The notes under the pieces were generated by a model that was given only the letters and a program-made list of their open reading frames with translations, did not search any database and had not been told where the DNA came from. Positions 60,403 to 64,000 of a stretch of DNA of 64,000 nucleotides are shown here, piece after piece; within the stretch, counting starts at the first letter, position 1, and the number at the start of each line of letters is the position of its first letter. Made by a program: the position numbers and the translations under genes. The DNA is taken from the NCBI GenBank assembly GCA_963777955.1, contig CAVZSQ010000019.1, positions 224,001 through 288,000 of the forward strand. The letters run 5' to 3'. Source of the stretch: Calditrichia bacterium (GTDB lineage Bacteria; Calditrichota; Calditrichia; JAJRVZ01).

Positions 60403-62104
60403 TAATTCACCGCAGCAGCATTAATCGCTTTGCTCAGATCGTATATTCTCAATTCGGGTCCCTTTCGCCACAACCCCGGTTTGAATATCTGTATCGGTTT
60501 ATAATTGCTCTCAACCTGCCGATAAAAATCGCGGATCACCTTGATCCGGTCGATTATCATCGGCGGATATTTTTCGATCGGTGCACGTTGATAAATCTTA
60601 TATAAAGGTTTTATTGGTAATCAGAAAACCAACCCCTTCGCTCCGCAGGCGTTTCAAATCTTTGCGCTGGTTGCGCGACTCGTCAATAGCGTAACGATTC
60701 GTGCCGGCATAGGTTACACTCGAATCCTGGTACCAGATCGAATTCAGGGAAATATTCCGTTTATCCGTACGATATTTTTCCAGTTCAGTTTTAACCGCTG
60801 CCGGCAAATATACTGATCCCGCTCCGTATTCCACATATCGATCGATGTCAAATATTGCTAAATCATATTGATAGTTGTCATAACAGTATTTCTGATTCGG
60901 TTGATGATTGCTGATAAGCCAATCGCTTGCTTCCTGACGGGTATCCCGGTTCAGATATAGGATATCATGATAGACACTGAGTACCAATGATGGGACAAAT
61001 ATCAGAGCCAGTAAAAGTATTCTTTGCCACCCCTTTTTAAAGAAATGCAGGTACACATATTCCAGCCAGGCCGTGCCGAAAATTATCCAGATCGGGAATA
61101 CCGCGAACAGATAATCCAGACCTTTTTTTTGCCAGGAACCGACATACAAAAAGGTCAGACAGCACTATCAACAGTTGCGGTAAATAATATTTGTTCTGTT
61201 TCCATAATACAAAAACTGTACCAGCAATAAAGGTGAAACCTATCCCCCATTCTTTACCAAGCAGATGAATGATTTCCCAGACATAATTAATCCCCTGTTC
61301 GCTCGAAACTGCGATACCCATTTGATCCGATATGTAGAAAAATCCTGCCAGGTACTTGCCGGGAATCACCAGCCAGAGCGGATTGGTTAGAAAAAAACTG
61401 ACCGCGATGCCGGCAATAGAAACTAGAGTAGTTTTAAAATAGTTAAATTTGTATTTGCGGTATAAACCATAATCAGCAATCAGGATCCCGATGACCAGAA
61501 CCCCGGCGTTATACTTGGCTGCAATCGCCAGACCACAGCACAGACCCTGAATGAATAAATATGACCAGCGCGGCGCATTATCGATGATCACAAAAAACAA
61601 AACCGTCAGGGTTGCAAAAAAGAGCAGGAGGGTATCAGGCGTTGCATTCCCGCTGAATTCGATATAACATTGACTCAGGCAGACCAGCGTTGCTGCTACC
61701 CCGGCAAAAAATTTTCCCCGGTATTTTTCTAAAATCCTGTAAGTCAGGTAAACCGTCAGCACCGCTACTAAAAGATTCACCAGACGTCCGAGCAAAATGA
61801 AATTAGTAGGGTCGATCAAAAATGCAACTGCAAAGGCTGTCTGGTTTGAAAAATAACCGATTAAGTTTCCCAGCAGATAATAGCAGCCGTAGAGGGTCAA
61901 TAAAATATAGGAATAGAATGTCGGGTAGACATAAATCAGGGGATCAAGTGACTGCCGGGCGCCCATATTTAACGATATTTTAGCCAGGTACATTTCAGTG
62001 GAATTTTCAACGATCGGAAGACAATCCCAGGCTGCCGGCAGCCGCAGGACCACAGCTATGATCAAAAGACCATAAATAAATTGATTAGCCCTGAAACTGC
62101 GCAT
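60402..62104 (-). CDS. GT-C fold membrane glycosyltransferase (ArnT/PMT family), frameshifts near 61160 and 60600
   Basis: P....YP, GR, PD, GLA.AAKY, NP and DTR..A..W motifs; frames rejoin to a stop at 60402. Confidence 0.78.
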
Positions 62105-63210
62105 AGATTTGAATAAGTTTTTTCTGCTCATTTTCCCAATTCAGTTCTTCCGCGGCCCGTAAGGCATTTGCTTTCCATACTTTTAAGCGGTCGTCATCCG
62201 TGATCATCCCGGTTATAACCTGACTGAGCGTCTTGATATCATCCGGATCGACGCACACTCCGCATTTGTATTTATCGATATAATAGGTAAAGGTCTCAAT
62301 GTTACTGCACAATACCGGTAAACCGGCCATCATATATTCAAAAAATTTATTAGGTAAAGCAGCGGCATAATTTAAACTACTCGCTTCGAATAGAACAACT
62401 CCCAGGTCACCCTGGGCAGAAGTCGAGACCAGTTCCGTGGTCGGGATAAAATCATGAAAGAAAATGCGTTCTTGCTGATGCTTGGCCAGCACTAAATTTC
62501 TTAAAACCGGCTCAAGTTCTCCATTACCTATCAGATGCAATTTGATCCTGTCGTTTGTCAAAGCTATAGCCTGAATCAGTTTTTCCAGGCCCCGGCCCGG
62601 TTTAAAAAAACCCTGGTATATAATAATTTTATCATCGTTCTTCCTGATACGGAGCCGCACCAGTTTGGGATCGGCACGTTCGTATCCTGGTAAATTGCGG
62701 ATGATGCGGACCTGTTTTAAAGCGGGATAACGGTCGCGGAATCGTTCCCCTAGTTTTTCAGAAACCGTTAAAAGAATCTGTACACGTCGCAGTAGCTATT
62801 CGTTCGGTCAATAACCACAAAAACCGGCTGACTCTCTTTTTCCTGAATATTTCCAGTCCGGCATAGTATTCGTGGGCATCATAGATTAAGGCCGCGCGTC
62901 GTAACCAGGAAGCACAGGCCGCGGCCGGCAGGACCCACAGATCATGACAATGGATCAAATCATATTTTCTGCACAGCAGCAGAAAAAATAACTGCAGATT
63001 AATGCTGATAAACTTTATAGGCCCGCCGCGATAAAAGACCGTGAAGACACGCCGCAAACAGAATTTTTCTCTGCGTTCAATCTTAATTTCTCCCGGCCGG
63101 CCCAGAGCATAAACCTGAACCTTATGACCCAGATGCACCGCTGTATCAATCTGGTTAAAAATACGGCGTTCATAATCGATCGGGCTGATGGTTAAATGAC
63201 AGAGGTACAT
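62085..63210 (-). CDS. Glycosyltransferase family 4, frameshift near 62793
   Basis: IHCHD, IYDAHE, YQG....RGLE and PNKFFEYM.AGLPV. Confidence 0.9.
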
Positions 63211-63265
63211 ACAAATTACCAGAAATTATTCAACATTCTTTAAAGTGAAAATCTGCCTAGCTATT

Positions 63266-64000
63266 TTAAGAGCGGTTAAGCACCAGTTCCATTTTTGTTT
63301 TCTCTGTATTGATAGTATAACTTCGTTCAGCAACCTGCTCTATCTGGATTTCTGCGGGGCTTTTTAACCTGCCTGATCCGATAATCTCGATCGAAAACGT
63401 ACGCAAGCCGACCGGCTTTTTAATTATCCAGACTTCCCTGGTCCTGGTCTGCAGCTCCGGAAATATTTCAATATGTTCCTTGAACTTAGACCATTTATAA
63501 TGTCCTGACAGAGTGTCTACATAAACTCTCCGTTGATCCAGTTCGGCGATCAGCTGATTCCATAATTCCCGGTAGGTGGGTTGCAGGAAATTACTGGGGT
63601 GCAACAGGACCACCAGTAATCCATGAAAACGTGATACCTGCCCGATGATGAGTTGCATCATGTGCCGTGCTGCTGATAGATCGCCCGAAGCGGATACCAG
63701 ATTATGATCAAAAAAGGCCAGAGAAAACTCCAACAGAGCCAGGCTGCTGTCCTGTTCCCAGTCAAAAGTGAAAAAAGGATGCCCGGTTCCGGCTCTGAAT
63801 CCCGCTTGATAATTATAAGCCAGACTCGAGTCATAGGCAAAATGTGCTGCCTCGGCTGCCTGCCATAATCCGGGATAAAGCGCCCGCAGATAATGTTGAC
63901 GCAGACCGGCACATTTGCTGCCGGTGATGGCTTCTAATTTACGCTTCTCAGCCAGATATTTCTTACGCTGCTTGAAAGCATTTAAACTGGAATGTAAACC
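63266..64000 (-). CDS. Polysaccharide deacetylase (NodB-like), 5'-truncated by window edge
   Basis: Frame open from 64000: GLH, G.RQHYL, YDSS, GFRAGT..PF and LLHP. Confidence 0.82.
   Translation of the reverse strand, partial: GLHSSLNAFKQRKKYLAEKRKLEAITGSKCAGLRQHYLRALYPGLWQAAEAAHFAYDSSLAYNYQAGFRAGTGHPFFTFDWEQDSSLALLEFSLAFFDHNLVSASGDLSAARHMMQLIIGQVSRFHGLLVVLLHPSNFLQPTYRELWNQLIAELDQRRVYVDTLSGHYKWSKFKEHIEIFPELQTRTREVWIIKKPVGLRTFSIEIIGSGRLKSPAEIQIEQVAERSYTINTEKTKMELVLNRS

Noticed and set aside
317..63912. Numerous short antisense or alternate-frame ORFs in the track
   Set aside because: They overlap well-supported genes and lack motifs, so they are treated as shadow ORFs except where they complete frameshifted genes

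Overview
A 64-kb stretch of core chromosome from a Gram-negative, probably anaerobic bacterium. The gene content (MvhDGA hydrogenase, bshA/bshB1, GWxTD, DUF3078 and DUF2911 proteins) suggests an FCB-related lineage such as Calditrichota or KSB1; this is inference only. About 60 CDS cover a group 3c-type [NiFe] hydrogenase operon end, peptidases, carbohydrate enzymes, housekeeping genes (arfB, def, xerD, lgt, mtgA, dacB, HU), signalling proteins (ECF/anti-sigma, PilZ, REC-GAF-GGDEF, STAS) and the end of a surface-glycan cluster. No rRNA, tRNA, CRISPR array, transposase or prophage was seen. About 16 frameshifts, each fixed by removing one base, look like long-read assembly errors. The best candidate for an undescribed system is at 55.7-58.3 kb. 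There a sigma54-type promoter precedes fliA, followed by a REC-HisKA protein with a degenerate ATPase domain and a 61-aa FlgM-like ORF with its own sigma28-type promoter, with no flagellar genes in the window. Other items of interest are a bacterial BAHD-like acyltransferase, a V4R/HNOX-like plus SatD cyclase-fold gene pair, several probable pseudo-enzymes and nested intergenic repeat clusters. Family assignments come from motif recognition, not database searches.
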